64,000 nt of DNA from an uncultured Enhydrobacter sp. (GTDB lineage Bacteria > Pseudomonadota > Gammaproteobacteria > Pseudomonadales > Moraxellaceae), in contig CAMIOS010000009.1 of assembly GCA_946222995.1 (NCBI GenBank), forward strand, positions 9,480-73,479, written 5' to 3'. Every line of letters begins with the position of its first letter. The stretch's first letter is position 1. This document shows, piece by piece, positions 20,238-28,631 of this stretch. A model generated the notes under the pieces. The model worked only from the letters and a program-made list of their open reading frames with translations. It ran no database searches and was not told the DNA's origin. The position numbers and the translations under genes were made by a program.

Positions 20238-21293
20238 ATGAATATCTTAACCACCCAAACCCTGTCCAATGAAGAGCACAAAAACAAACTTGACCAAGCT
20301 ATGGCAAAGCCAGAACGCACAGGCGAAAATGGCATTCGTCACTTTATCGGTGTTGAAGGGCTAACGAAAGCCCAACTGATGGCAATTATTGAAAAAGCGA
20401 ACGGTTATCTTACTGATAATACTTCTGGCAATGACGACCGCCCCAACAGCATTAAAAATAGCGATGAATTGAGCGGTTGCACCGTGATGAATTTGTTTTT
20501 TGAAAATTCTACCCGCACCCGCACCACCTTTGAAGTCGCCGCCAAACGCCTTGGGGCAAATGTCGTGAGCCTTGATATCGCCAAATCTAGCACCTCAAAA
20601 GGCGAAAGCTTGCGGGACACGCTGTGGAACTTAGAAGCCATGACCGCCGATATCTTTGTGGTGCGTCACTCATCCAGTGGTGCCGCTCATTTTATGGCGA
20701 CCGAAGTCACGCCCAATATCGCCATCATCAACGGCGGTGATGGCTGGCACGCCCATCCGACCCAAGCTATGCTTGATATGCTCACCATTTACCGTGAAGC
20801 GGGCAAGCGGTTTGAGGACTTAAGTGTGGCGATTATCGGCGATATCAAGCACAGCCGTGTCGCTCGCTCGGACATCGCCGCCTTGCAGATTTTGGGCTGT
20901 CAAGATATCCGTGTCATCGCCCCGAAAACCTTGCTACCCAAAGGGATTGAACGTTATGGTGTGAGCGTGTATCACGATATTGATCAAGGCGTGAAAGACT
21001 GTGATGTGATTATCGGCTTACGCATTCAAAATGAGCGGATTGGCTCGCCGTTACTGCCCTCAACGAGCGAGTATTTTAAGGCGTATGGTATCACCCCCGA
21101 ACGCCTTGCCTTGGCAAAACCAGATGCGTTGGTGATGCACCCAGGACCCATGAATCGGGGCGTAGAAATCGCCTCAAGCGTGGCAGATGGCGAGCAATCG
21201 GTGATTTTAAAGCAGGTCAATAATGGCATTGCGGTGCGAATGGCAGTGCTCGCCATGGCGATGGATGGGCAACGACAGGCGAGAGCGAATTAA
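20238..21293 (+). CDS. pyrB: Aspartate carbamoyltransferase catalytic subunit
   Basis: STRTR carbamoyl-phosphate motif, HPTQ, and HPGP...NRG. Confidence 0.9.
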   Translation: MNILTTQTLSNEEHKNKLDQAMAKPERTGENGIRHFIGVEGLTKAQLMAIIEKANGYLTDNTSGNDDRPNSIKNSDELSGCTVMNLFFENSTRTRTTFEVAAKRLGANVVSLDIAKSSTSKGESLRDTLWNLEAMTADIFVVRHSSSGAAHFMATEVTPNIAIINGGDGWHAHPTQAMLDMLTIYREAGKRFEDLSVAIIGDIKHSRVARSDIAALQILGCQDIRVIAPKTLLPKGIERYGVSVYHDIDQGVKDCDVIIGLRIQNERIGSPLLPSTSEYFKAYGITPERLALAKPDALVMHPGPMNRGVEIASSVADGEQSVILKQVNNGIAVRMAVLAMAMDGQRQARAN

Positions 21294-21308
21294 AGTTAAG
21301 GGAAAAAT

Positions 21309-21527
21309 ATGACGACGATAACTTTACAATTACCTGATAGCCTTGTGAATCAAGCCAAACAAGCAGGTATTTATAATGAAAAAACGCTTGCTGATAAAGT
21401 GCATGAATTTTTGGCATGGCAACTTAATCAAAACACTGCAAACAATCGAAATCAGTCATCGGTATATGACTTTGTCATGAGTTTACCAAAGGCAGAATAT
21501 GTGGATGATGGGTTGCAGATTCAGTAA
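21309..21527 (+). CDS. Putative ribbon-helix-helix (CopG/VapB-like) antitoxin
   Basis: 72 aa. N-terminus MTTITLQLPDSLVNQAKQ has the RHH beta-strand pattern. Lies 15 nt upstream of a PIN-domain ORF. Confidence 0.45.
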   Translation: MTTITLQLPDSLVNQAKQAGIYNEKTLADKVHEFLAWQLNQNTANNRNQSSVYDFVMSLPKAEYVDDGLQIQ

Positions 21528-21541
21528 GGTATGCGAGATGA

Positions 21542-21919
21542 ATGGAAATGTACTTATTAAACACCAATTTTGTAATTAATTTACAAAAACAAAATCAAGC
21601 GGAACTTCAATTTCTGCTTAATCATCAAGTGGATTTTGCTGATTGTGCGATTAGTGTGATTACGAAACTTGAGATTTTGGGATTTGCAGGTCAGTCTGCA
21701 CAAGAAAAAACGAACATGGCGTTGTTGATTTCAAGGTTTGCGTGTTATGAATTGACCAGCGATATTCAAGAAAAAACGATTGACATTCGAGAACAGCGAA
21801 AAATTAAATTGCCTGATGCGATTATTTTGGCAACGGCTTTGGTTAAGGGTAAAAGATTGGTGACGGCTGACCAAAAATTGCAGTCGGCTCATCAGCAGTT
21901 TTTTGGCAATTTATCGTAG
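21542..21919 (+). CDS. PIN-domain (VapC-like) protein, putative toxin. First catalytic Asp replaced by Asn.
   Basis: MYLLNTNFVI, ...ITKLEIL..., ...LPDAIILATAL..., ...VTADQK... follow the four PIN acidic-residue positions, but position 1 is N (LLNTN instead of LLDTN). Confidence 0.55.
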   Translation: MEMYLLNTNFVINLQKQNQAELQFLLNHQVDFADCAISVITKLEILGFAGQSAQEKTNMALLISRFACYELTSDIQEKTIDIREQRKIKLPDAIILATALVKGKRLVTADQKLQSAHQQFFGNLS

Positions 21920-22055
21920 GACTTTTTATAGAAGGCGAAAATATCGAATCGCTAAAGAATGGTTTGGCAAAGCCTGTGATAGTGCCGACCAAGTAAGCTG
22001 TGATATTTACGGCATATTAAACCAACAAGGTTATTAAAATTAAAAAAGGCAAAAT

Positions 22056-23213
22056 ATGAAAAACTACCTCCCCAAGGGCTGGCAATTTGACACCACCCAA
22101 CTTCCCACAGACACCGAAGGCAAATGGCTATTCCCACCCCTTGTCGATTTATGTGCCCGCCTCCGAGAACCAGGTCACCAATCCCACGGCACACTCAAAT
22201 CCGAAGGCACCTCCGCCCGCCAAAACGGCTTTTTACACGTCGTCATGCCACCCGACACCCAGCCCGTGTTAGAAAATGGCTCACTCCTAGCGGGCTTGCG
22301 AGAACGAGCCTATCAAGATGGCGGAATTTGTCTGCATCTACTCGGCGCGATGACCGCAGGACTAGAGGGCGAAAAACCCGCCAATATGCTAGGTCTCAAG
22401 CAAGGCGGGGCAATCGGCGTAAGTAACGCCCGCCACGGCTTTGCCAATGATGATGTCCTGTTGCAAGCCCTTGAATATGCCGCTACTTTTGGCATTAAAG
22501 TGTTTTTTTATCCCGACGAGCCGACGTTATCCAAAAACGGGGTCGCCCACGACGGCTATATTGCAAGCTATCACGGCTTGGCAGGGATACCGTGGATCGC
22601 TGAAACGGTGGCTTTATCAAAACAGCTACTCATCGTTGAAGAAACAGGCGTATCGGCTCACTTTAGCCAGCTTACCACCAAATCATCCATTGACCTGATG
22701 CGTTGGGCAAAACAAAAAGGTTTGCCTGTCACCTGTGATGTCGCCATGCACCAACTGCACTTGACTGATGATGCCTTGATTGGCTTTAACTCGCTTGCCT
22801 ATGTATTACCGCCGTTACGCAGTAATACCGACAAAAAAGCCCTGCTCGAAGGATTGCAAGATGGTACGATTGATGCGATTTGTAGCCATCACGAACCCCT
22901 TGCCAAAACCGCCAAACAAGCCCCGTTTGCCGAGTGTAAAGCAGGGATTAGCAACTTTGATACCTTTATGGGATTGGGCTGTGAATTGGTAAGAAATGGC
23001 GTTTTGACGGCCGAACAACTGGTGGAAAAAGTCTGTCTAAACCCTGCCAACATTGCCGGCATTACAGAAATTTATCAACAAAAAGGCGGTGCGGTGCTGA
23101 TCGACCCGAATTTAACCTGGACAGTCAGCAAAGACAGCATGCTATCACAAGGTAAAAATACGCCGTTTATCAATAGCGAATTGACAGGTAAGATCGAAAA
23201 CGTATTTTTCTAA
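22056..23213 (+). CDS. Dihydroorotase-like protein PyrC' (non-catalytic ATCase-associated subunit)
   Basis: Amidohydrolase fold downstream of pyrB. The DxHxH Zn motif is replaced by DLCARLREPG, as in Pseudomonas PyrC'. Confidence 0.8.
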   Translation: MKNYLPKGWQFDTTQLPTDTEGKWLFPPLVDLCARLREPGHQSHGTLKSEGTSARQNGFLHVVMPPDTQPVLENGSLLAGLRERAYQDGGICLHLLGAMTAGLEGEKPANMLGLKQGGAIGVSNARHGFANDDVLLQALEYAATFGIKVFFYPDEPTLSKNGVAHDGYIASYHGLAGIPWIAETVALSKQLLIVEETGVSAHFSQLTTKSSIDLMRWAKQKGLPVTCDVAMHQLHLTDDALIGFNSLAYVLPPLRSNTDKKALLEGLQDGTIDAICSHHEPLAKTAKQAPFAECKAGISNFDTFMGLGCELVRNGVLTAEQLVEKVCLNPANIAGITEIYQQKGGAVLIDPNLTWTVSKDSMLSQGKNTPFINSELTGKIENVFF

Positions 23214-23217
23214 TTCT

Positions 23218-23249
23218 AAAAAAAGCGACACAAAATGGGTCGCTTTTTT
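23218..23249. terminator. Rho-independent terminator after pyrC'
   Basis: AAAAAGCGAC-ACAAAATGG-GTCGCTTTTTT. Confidence 0.75.
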
Positions 23250-23261
23250 GAAAAATTGGCA

Positions 23262-23386
23262 TTATTTTTGTTGGGTAGCAGCAGATTTTGTGGTGTCAAC
23301 ATGCCGGTGTTTATGCCCGCCACAAGCGTACCTTATCGATGATAATGCCACACTGCTAGCAATAAGAGTAACAATCAATTTTTTCA
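23262..23386 (-). CDS. Candidate small secreted/His-rich peptide (41 aa). Unannotated sORF.
   Basis: MKKLIVTLIASSVALSSIRYACGGHKHRHVDTTKSAATQQK: signal-peptide-like N-terminus followed by a His-rich segment. Below the ORF-track size cutoff. Confidence 0.25.
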
Positions 23387-23525
23387 TAATGACCTCGAGT
23401 CATAACAGTAAAGGTTAAGTAATTGAATGTCTATTGTACGCTATTTTAGCGCAAGTAGGCGAACGTTAATTTTATTAAGCCAAATTTTTTAACACGTTTT
23501 ATCTTTTATCAGTTAGGATATTGTT

Positions 23526-24047
23526 TTGTCTATTTTTCATTCATCGATACCGCCATCTCATGTTGAGCCAAAATCCGCAAGCCGACCCAATCAGTCAATT
23601 ATTTTGGTATCGGTTTATGAGATTATCAAAGGCGGATTTGCGCTAATTTTTGCCTTAATGGTTTTTTTGTGGCATGACAAATTGCCGTCTTTGGTCGCAC
23701 AATTTACCTATATTTTGCATCAGTTGCTTGGCTCGTTACTTGCCGCGCAAATTGATAATTTGAACCATTTGGCAAGTGTGGCAAATAGCAATTGGCAAAA
23801 GGCGTTTGCGATGGTGGTAGGCTATGCGCTTTTGCGGTTTATTGAGGCGTATGGCTTATATAAAGATAAAACGTGGGCGTATTGGTATAGCGTGTTAGGC
23901 TATGCGATTTTTGTACCGGTTGAGTTATATTATTTGGTGGTAAAGCCGTTTGATTGGGTACATTTGGCAGTATTTTTATTTAATTTGGTGGTGGTGGTAA
24001 TTGTGTACCGCAATATGCAGCAAAAAGGGCTGATCGGAAGCGCGTGA
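23526..24047 (+). CDS. DUF2127-like membrane protein. The true start is probably the TTG near 23592.
   Basis: YEIIKGGFALIFALMVFL... matches the typical DUF2127 N-terminus, with 4 TM. The start codon is uncertain. Confidence 0.5.
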   Translation: MSIFHSSIPPSHVEPKSASRPNQSIILVSVYEIIKGGFALIFALMVFLWHDKLPSLVAQFTYILHQLLGSLLAAQIDNLNHLASVANSNWQKAFAMVVGYALLRFIEAYGLYKDKTWAYWYSVLGYAIFVPVELYYLVVKPFDWVHLAVFLFNLVVVVIVYRNMQQKGLIGSA

Positions 24048-24153
24048 TTCTTCAAGTATTTTTCGACAAAATGTAGTACAGTAGCATTGCTAAAATGAAT
24101 GCTAACATCCATACCAAAATAATATTGTTACAACTAGGTAAAATTTTCTAAAA

Positions 24154-26415
24154 ATGTTCCAAAAAGTATGTATTATCGGCTTAGGACTGATCGGGGCAAG
24201 TCTGGCACAAGCCGTGCTTGACCACCATCTCGCCCGCCAAATCGTCGCCTGTGACTTTCACCAAGCCAGCCTAGATATTGCCTTACAAGACGGCTTAATC
24301 GTAAAAGGCTCAACCGTCCTTGCCGAGGTACTAACCGACTGTGATTTAATCGTGATTGCCGTGCCTGTCAAGGCGGTGTTACCGATTTTTCGCCAACTTG
24401 CCACCGCCCAACAACAAAACATGCTAGCGGATAACTGTATTATTACCGATGTGTGTAGCACCAAGCAAAACATCATCGAAGCGGCTCACCAAGCTTGCAT
24501 TGATATCGGCATTGCTGATTTTAATTTTGTCCCCGCCCATCCCATCGCCGGGGCGGAAAATTCGGGCGTACAGGCTCGAGATGGCAACTTGTTTAACCAT
24601 CGCCACATTATTATTTGCCCCGAGCCAACGACGCAACGTGATGCTGTTACTAAAATCACCGCACTTTGGCAAGCCATCGGGGCAGAAGTCAGTGAAATGT
24701 CGCCTGCCGACCATGACCGAGTGCTAGCCCATACCAGTCATTTACCGCATTTATTGGCGTTTAATCTGGTCACCCAACTTGCCAATCACAATGATAACTT
24801 GAATATCTTTCGCTATGCGGCAGGCGGATTTCGGGATTTTAGCCGGATTGCCGCCAGCGACCCGACCATGTGGCACGATATTTTTTTGGCAAATAAAACC
24901 GCCATTTTACAAGCCATTGATGACTATGAATGCCATTTAACCCAATTAAAAAATTTAATCATTCAGGATAACTCACCGCAAATCATTGCCCAACTGACCG
25001 AAGCCCGCCATGCTCGCCGTCACTTTGGACATATGCTCAATAACCACCAATACGCCAAACAAATGGAACTGACCGCTATGAAACAAACCTATATTATCGC
25101 CCCATCGACCACCTTTACCGGCACCCACACCGTCGCAGGGGATAAATCCATCTCGCATCGCTCAATTATGTTTGGTAGCCTTGCCAATGGCGTGACCACG
25201 GTGACAGGCTTTTTAGAGGGGGAGGATGCGTTATCGACCTTACAAGCCTTTGTCGATATGGGTGTAAAAATCGAGCGTGATGGCGATAAGGTGGTGATTC
25301 ATGGCGTGGGGTTGCATGGCTTAAAAGCCCCCAAAGCCCCGCTGTATATGGGCAACTCAGGCACCAGTATGCGGTTATTATCGGGGATTTTATCCGCTCA
25401 AAAATTCGACAGCGTGATGACAGGCGATGCCAGTCTATCCAAACGACCGATGGAGCGTGTCGCCAAACCCTTACGGAAAATGGGCGCAAAAGTGCAAACC
25501 ACGGGCGAAAAAGGCACGCCACCGGTGAGTATTACCGGTAATCAAACCTTAAAAGGGATTACTTACGATATGCCAATGGCGTCCGCGCAAGTCAAATCTT
25601 GCTTATTGTTGGCGGGACTGTGGGCAGAAGGTACAACCACGATTTCCGAGCCAGAAGTCACCCGTGACCACACCGAGCGTATGCTCACCGCTTTTGGTTA
25701 TCCCGTCAGCAAAGATGGTAATAAAATCAGCGTAACAGGGGGCGGTGAATTGACCGCTTGCGACATTGCGGTGCCGGCGGACATTTCAAGTGCGGCGTTT
25801 TTTATGGTGGCAGGGGCGATTGCCAAGCAAGGCGACGTTACCATTAAACAAGTCGGCATTAATCCCACCCGCACAGGCGTGATTGATATTTTAAAACTGA
25901 TGGGCGCAGCTATCAGCTTACACAATGAAAACGTGGTCGGCGGTGAGCCGGTCGCTGACGTGGTAGTAAAATCGTCTAAACTAAAAGGTATCACCATTCC
26001 CGAACACCTTGTCCCGCTGGCGATTGATGAATTTCCTGTGTTGTTTATCGCGGCAAGTTGTGCTACGGGCAAAACCGTCCTACATGGGGCGGCAGAATTG
26101 CGGGTAAAAGAATCTGACCGTATTCAAGTCATGGCGGATGGGCTAAAAACCTTGGACATTGAGTGTACGGTACTGGATGATGGCATTGAGATTATCGGAA
26201 AGGGCGACTTAGCCCAAAATGGGCAGCCCGTATTTGGCGGCGGTGAAATTGAATGTCACCACGACCATCGCATTGCGATGAGCTTTACTGTGGCAAGCCT
26301 GCGGGCAAGTGATACCATTACCATTCATGGTACCGAAACGGTGAATACCAGTTTTCCAAACTTTGCCCAACTTGTCAATAAAGCGGGATTAAATGTGAAA
26401 GTAGAAACCGCTTAA
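24154..26415 (+). CDS. tyrA-aroA: Bifunctional prephenate dehydrogenase / 3-phosphoshikimate 1-carboxyvinyltransferase (TyrA-AroA fusion)
   Basis: N-terminal ~290 aa has the NAD-binding fold IIGLGLIGASLA and the prephenate DH domain. C-terminal ~450 aa is EPSP synthase (LYMGNSGTSMRLL, ...DHRIAMSF...). Confidence 0.9.
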   Translation: MFQKVCIIGLGLIGASLAQAVLDHHLARQIVACDFHQASLDIALQDGLIVKGSTVLAEVLTDCDLIVIAVPVKAVLPIFRQLATAQQQNMLADNCIITDVCSTKQNIIEAAHQACIDIGIADFNFVPAHPIAGAENSGVQARDGNLFNHRHIIICPEPTTQRDAVTKITALWQAIGAEVSEMSPADHDRVLAHTSHLPHLLAFNLVTQLANHNDNLNIFRYAAGGFRDFSRIAASDPTMWHDIFLANKTAILQAIDDYECHLTQLKNLIIQDNSPQIIAQLTEARHARRHFGHMLNNHQYAKQMELTAMKQTYIIAPSTTFTGTHTVAGDKSISHRSIMFGSLANGVTTVTGFLEGEDALSTLQAFVDMGVKIERDGDKVVIHGVGLHGLKAPKAPLYMGNSGTSMRLLSGILSAQKFDSVMTGDASLSKRPMERVAKPLRKMGAKVQTTGEKGTPPVSITGNQTLKGITYDMPMASAQVKSCLLLAGLWAEGTTTISEPEVTRDHTERMLTAFGYPVSKDGNKISVTGGGELTACDIAVPADISSAAFFMVAGAIAKQGDVTIKQVGINPTRTGVIDILKLMGAAISLHNENVVGGEPVADVVVKSSKLKGITIPEHLVPLAIDEFPVLFIAASCATGKTVLHGAAELRVKESDRIQVMADGLKTLDIECTVLDDGIEIIGKGDLAQNGQPVFGGGEIECHHDHRIAMSFTVASLRASDTITIHGTETVNTSFPNFAQLVNKAGLNVKVETA

Positions 26416-26563
26416 TGGATTATTCCACGTTCAAATATCATCCGAATTATAGAATTTTTATTGGAACATTTATCTGATAATGGGGATTTAGTGGGCTGTC
26501 TATTTATTTGTATAAATGGTGGTAAACATCGTTGACACATAGACGCCAGTTGAAAAATAAGAA

Positions 26564-27523
26564 ATGAATAAGCAAAATACCGAAATCACTACGATAAATA
26601 GCGAACTGCCGACAAGGGCGGTGGATATCAGTGACCACGAAAGACCTAACGTTGTGACCACACCCAAAGGTATCGTCACTGCCTTAACCGCCTTTTTGAT
26701 TTGGGGATTTTTTCCGCTGTATTTTAAATTGCTCAAAAATTATGACGCCACTGAGATCATCGGGCATCGTATTATTTGGACATTTTTTACCATTTTGGCA
26801 ATTTTAGTTATTACCAAACAGTGGCAATGGCTGACCACCATCAAACAAAATCCCAAATGGCTCCTATTTACCGCCATCTCGGGGGCAATTATCTCGATTA
26901 ACTGGCTGGTATATGTGTGGGCGGTTAACCATAACCAAATTTTAGAAGCAAGTCTTGGCTACTACATCGGGCCTTTGATGGGAATTTTGCTGTCGCTTGT
27001 GGTGTTAAAAGAGCGATTACGCCCGTTACAATGGCTTGCCGTTCTACTTGCTGCCATTGGCGTGGCCATACAACTTGTGATGCTTGGTAAATTGCCGTGG
27101 GTATCGCTGCTGCTTGCCAGTAGTTTTTCGGTGTATGGGCTAATGCATCGCCACACGCCACTTAATGCATTGTCAGCGATGTTTATCGAAACCGCGATTT
27201 TGGTGCCTGTATTTCTCGCTTGGTTTGCCATGCACGATGTGGCAAGTAGCCACTTGGCGTTTTGGGCGTCGCCTTCGATTTTTTTGTTGATGTTGGCAGG
27301 TCCGATTACTTTGATACCGCTACTCATGTTTAATAAAGCCACCAAAATGGTCAACTATAGCTTGTTAAGCTTTATGAATTATTTGACCCCCTCGATGATT
27401 TTTTTATTGGCGATCTGGTTGTATCATGAGCGGTTTAATATTAGTAAAATGGTGACGTTCGCCTTTATTTGGACAGGCTTGGCTTTTTTTAGCTATGATT
27501 TGATAAAAAATCGCAAAAATTAG
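26564..27523 (+). CDS. rarD: EamA-family transporter RarD
   Basis: 10 TM. LIWGFFPLYFKLL matches the RarD N-terminal signature. ~33-aa N-terminal extension. Confidence 0.8.
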   Translation: MNKQNTEITTINSELPTRAVDISDHERPNVVTTPKGIVTALTAFLIWGFFPLYFKLLKNYDATEIIGHRIIWTFFTILAILVITKQWQWLTTIKQNPKWLLFTAISGAIISINWLVYVWAVNHNQILEASLGYYIGPLMGILLSLVVLKERLRPLQWLAVLLAAIGVAIQLVMLGKLPWVSLLLASSFSVYGLMHRHTPLNALSAMFIETAILVPVFLAWFAMHDVASSHLAFWASPSIFLLMLAGPITLIPLLMFNKATKMVNYSLLSFMNYLTPSMIFLLAIWLYHERFNISKMVTFAFIWTGLAFFSYDLIKNRKN

Positions 27524-27572
27524 GAATTTATAACCCATAATAAAGGTAACACATAATCAGAGTGAGAACCCT

Positions 27573-28019
27573 ATGACCATGCACGAATCGTTATACTCGG
27601 CTGCCGATGCGTTGGCAAAAGTGAGTAACCGCCCCACGCCTGCAACCTTGACAGGCAATTCGACGGATACCGTATTTATTAAAGGGTTAAAAGTCGATGC
27701 GGTGATTGGCGTATTTGAATGGGAACAACAGATTACCCAACCGCTCATCTTTGATATTGAAATGGTTGGCTGTCAATACCAAGCCTCGCAAACCGATGAT
27801 ATTAAAGACGCCATAAACTACAAAAGCGTGAGTGAGCGGGTGGCAGAAGTGAGCATCGCTAACAAAGTTGCCTTGCTAGAGCGTTTGGCTCAATTGGTAG
27901 CGACCATGATTTTGACCGAATTTGCCCCCGAAAAAGTGACAGTCACCATTCATAAACCCACCGCCATCAAAGAAGCGGACAGCGTGGGGGTAAAAATTAC
28001 CCGTTTTTTACAAAACTAA
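27573..28019 (+). CDS. folB: Dihydroneopterin aldolase
   Basis: LKVDAVIGVFEWEQQITQPLIFDIEM matches the FolB core, with a ~30-aa N-terminal extension. Confidence 0.8.
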   Translation: MTMHESLYSAADALAKVSNRPTPATLTGNSTDTVFIKGLKVDAVIGVFEWEQQITQPLIFDIEMVGCQYQASQTDDIKDAINYKSVSERVAEVSIANKVALLERLAQLVATMILTEFAPEKVTVTIHKPTAIKEADSVGVKITRFLQN

Positions 28020-28061
28020 TGAAAAATGGGATATATAAAAATAGCCTAAGCAAATATTTTT

Positions 28062-28616
28062 ATGCAAATTGAAAAGCACATGCCACAGCCCAGCCATTTA
28101 TTGATACAAGCCTGTATATTATCGCTCGCCAGTAATCAACAGCCTACCAAAAATTTAGCAATTGCTCGGCAACAGCTAAGTAGGCTTGGAAATATTTATG
28201 TCAGCTCAACCTCAGTCAGCCCAAGTGATGCCAAGCAATTGGCAACTTGTCACGCCTCATCCTATATTGATTATCATAACCAAGTCGCTTTTTGGGTATT
28301 ACATCAAGCCACCAGTTATTTGGATGTGGTTCAACTTACCAAAGCCATTGAACAACAAGCCAATCGTGGACAATTTGCCAAGCCATTGGTGACACTAGAT
28401 ATCGATATTATTGCGATTCAGCCCGTCAGCTTGGACACTATTGACGATCTTAATCAAAAGCTCATCGATGAAAAAGGACAGGCGTTTATCAAGTTGGATA
28501 AAGCCGTCAATTGGTTTGGCGTGGCACGACGATTTCCATTACCAAGCTACGATAAAGCAGGATTGGCAAATTTAGCCCGCACCCAACCATTAGAGTTTTT
28601 GGCTGACTTCATTTAA
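28062..28616 (+). CDS. Divergent HPPK (FolK)-like protein
   Basis: Located downstream of folB. LSLASN...VSSTS and PLVTLDIDII align with the FolK LGSN...VSS and PRTLDLDIL blocks. The downstream PHYD/ERxFVL region is not recognisable. Confidence 0.4.
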   Translation: MQIEKHMPQPSHLLIQACILSLASNQQPTKNLAIARQQLSRLGNIYVSSTSVSPSDAKQLATCHASSYIDYHNQVAFWVLHQATSYLDVVQLTKAIEQQANRGQFAKPLVTLDIDIIAIQPVSLDTIDDLNQKLIDEKGQAFIKLDKAVNWFGVARRFPLPSYDKAGLANLARTQPLEFLADFI

Positions 28617-28631
28617 AAAGTAGTCAAAAAA

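Noticed and set aside
22087-22495. Arg/Pro-rich alternative-frame ORFs (for example 22124-22426) inside pyrC'
   Set aside because: Out-of-frame artefacts of a GC-richer coding segment. The pyrC' frame has the amidohydrolase homology.
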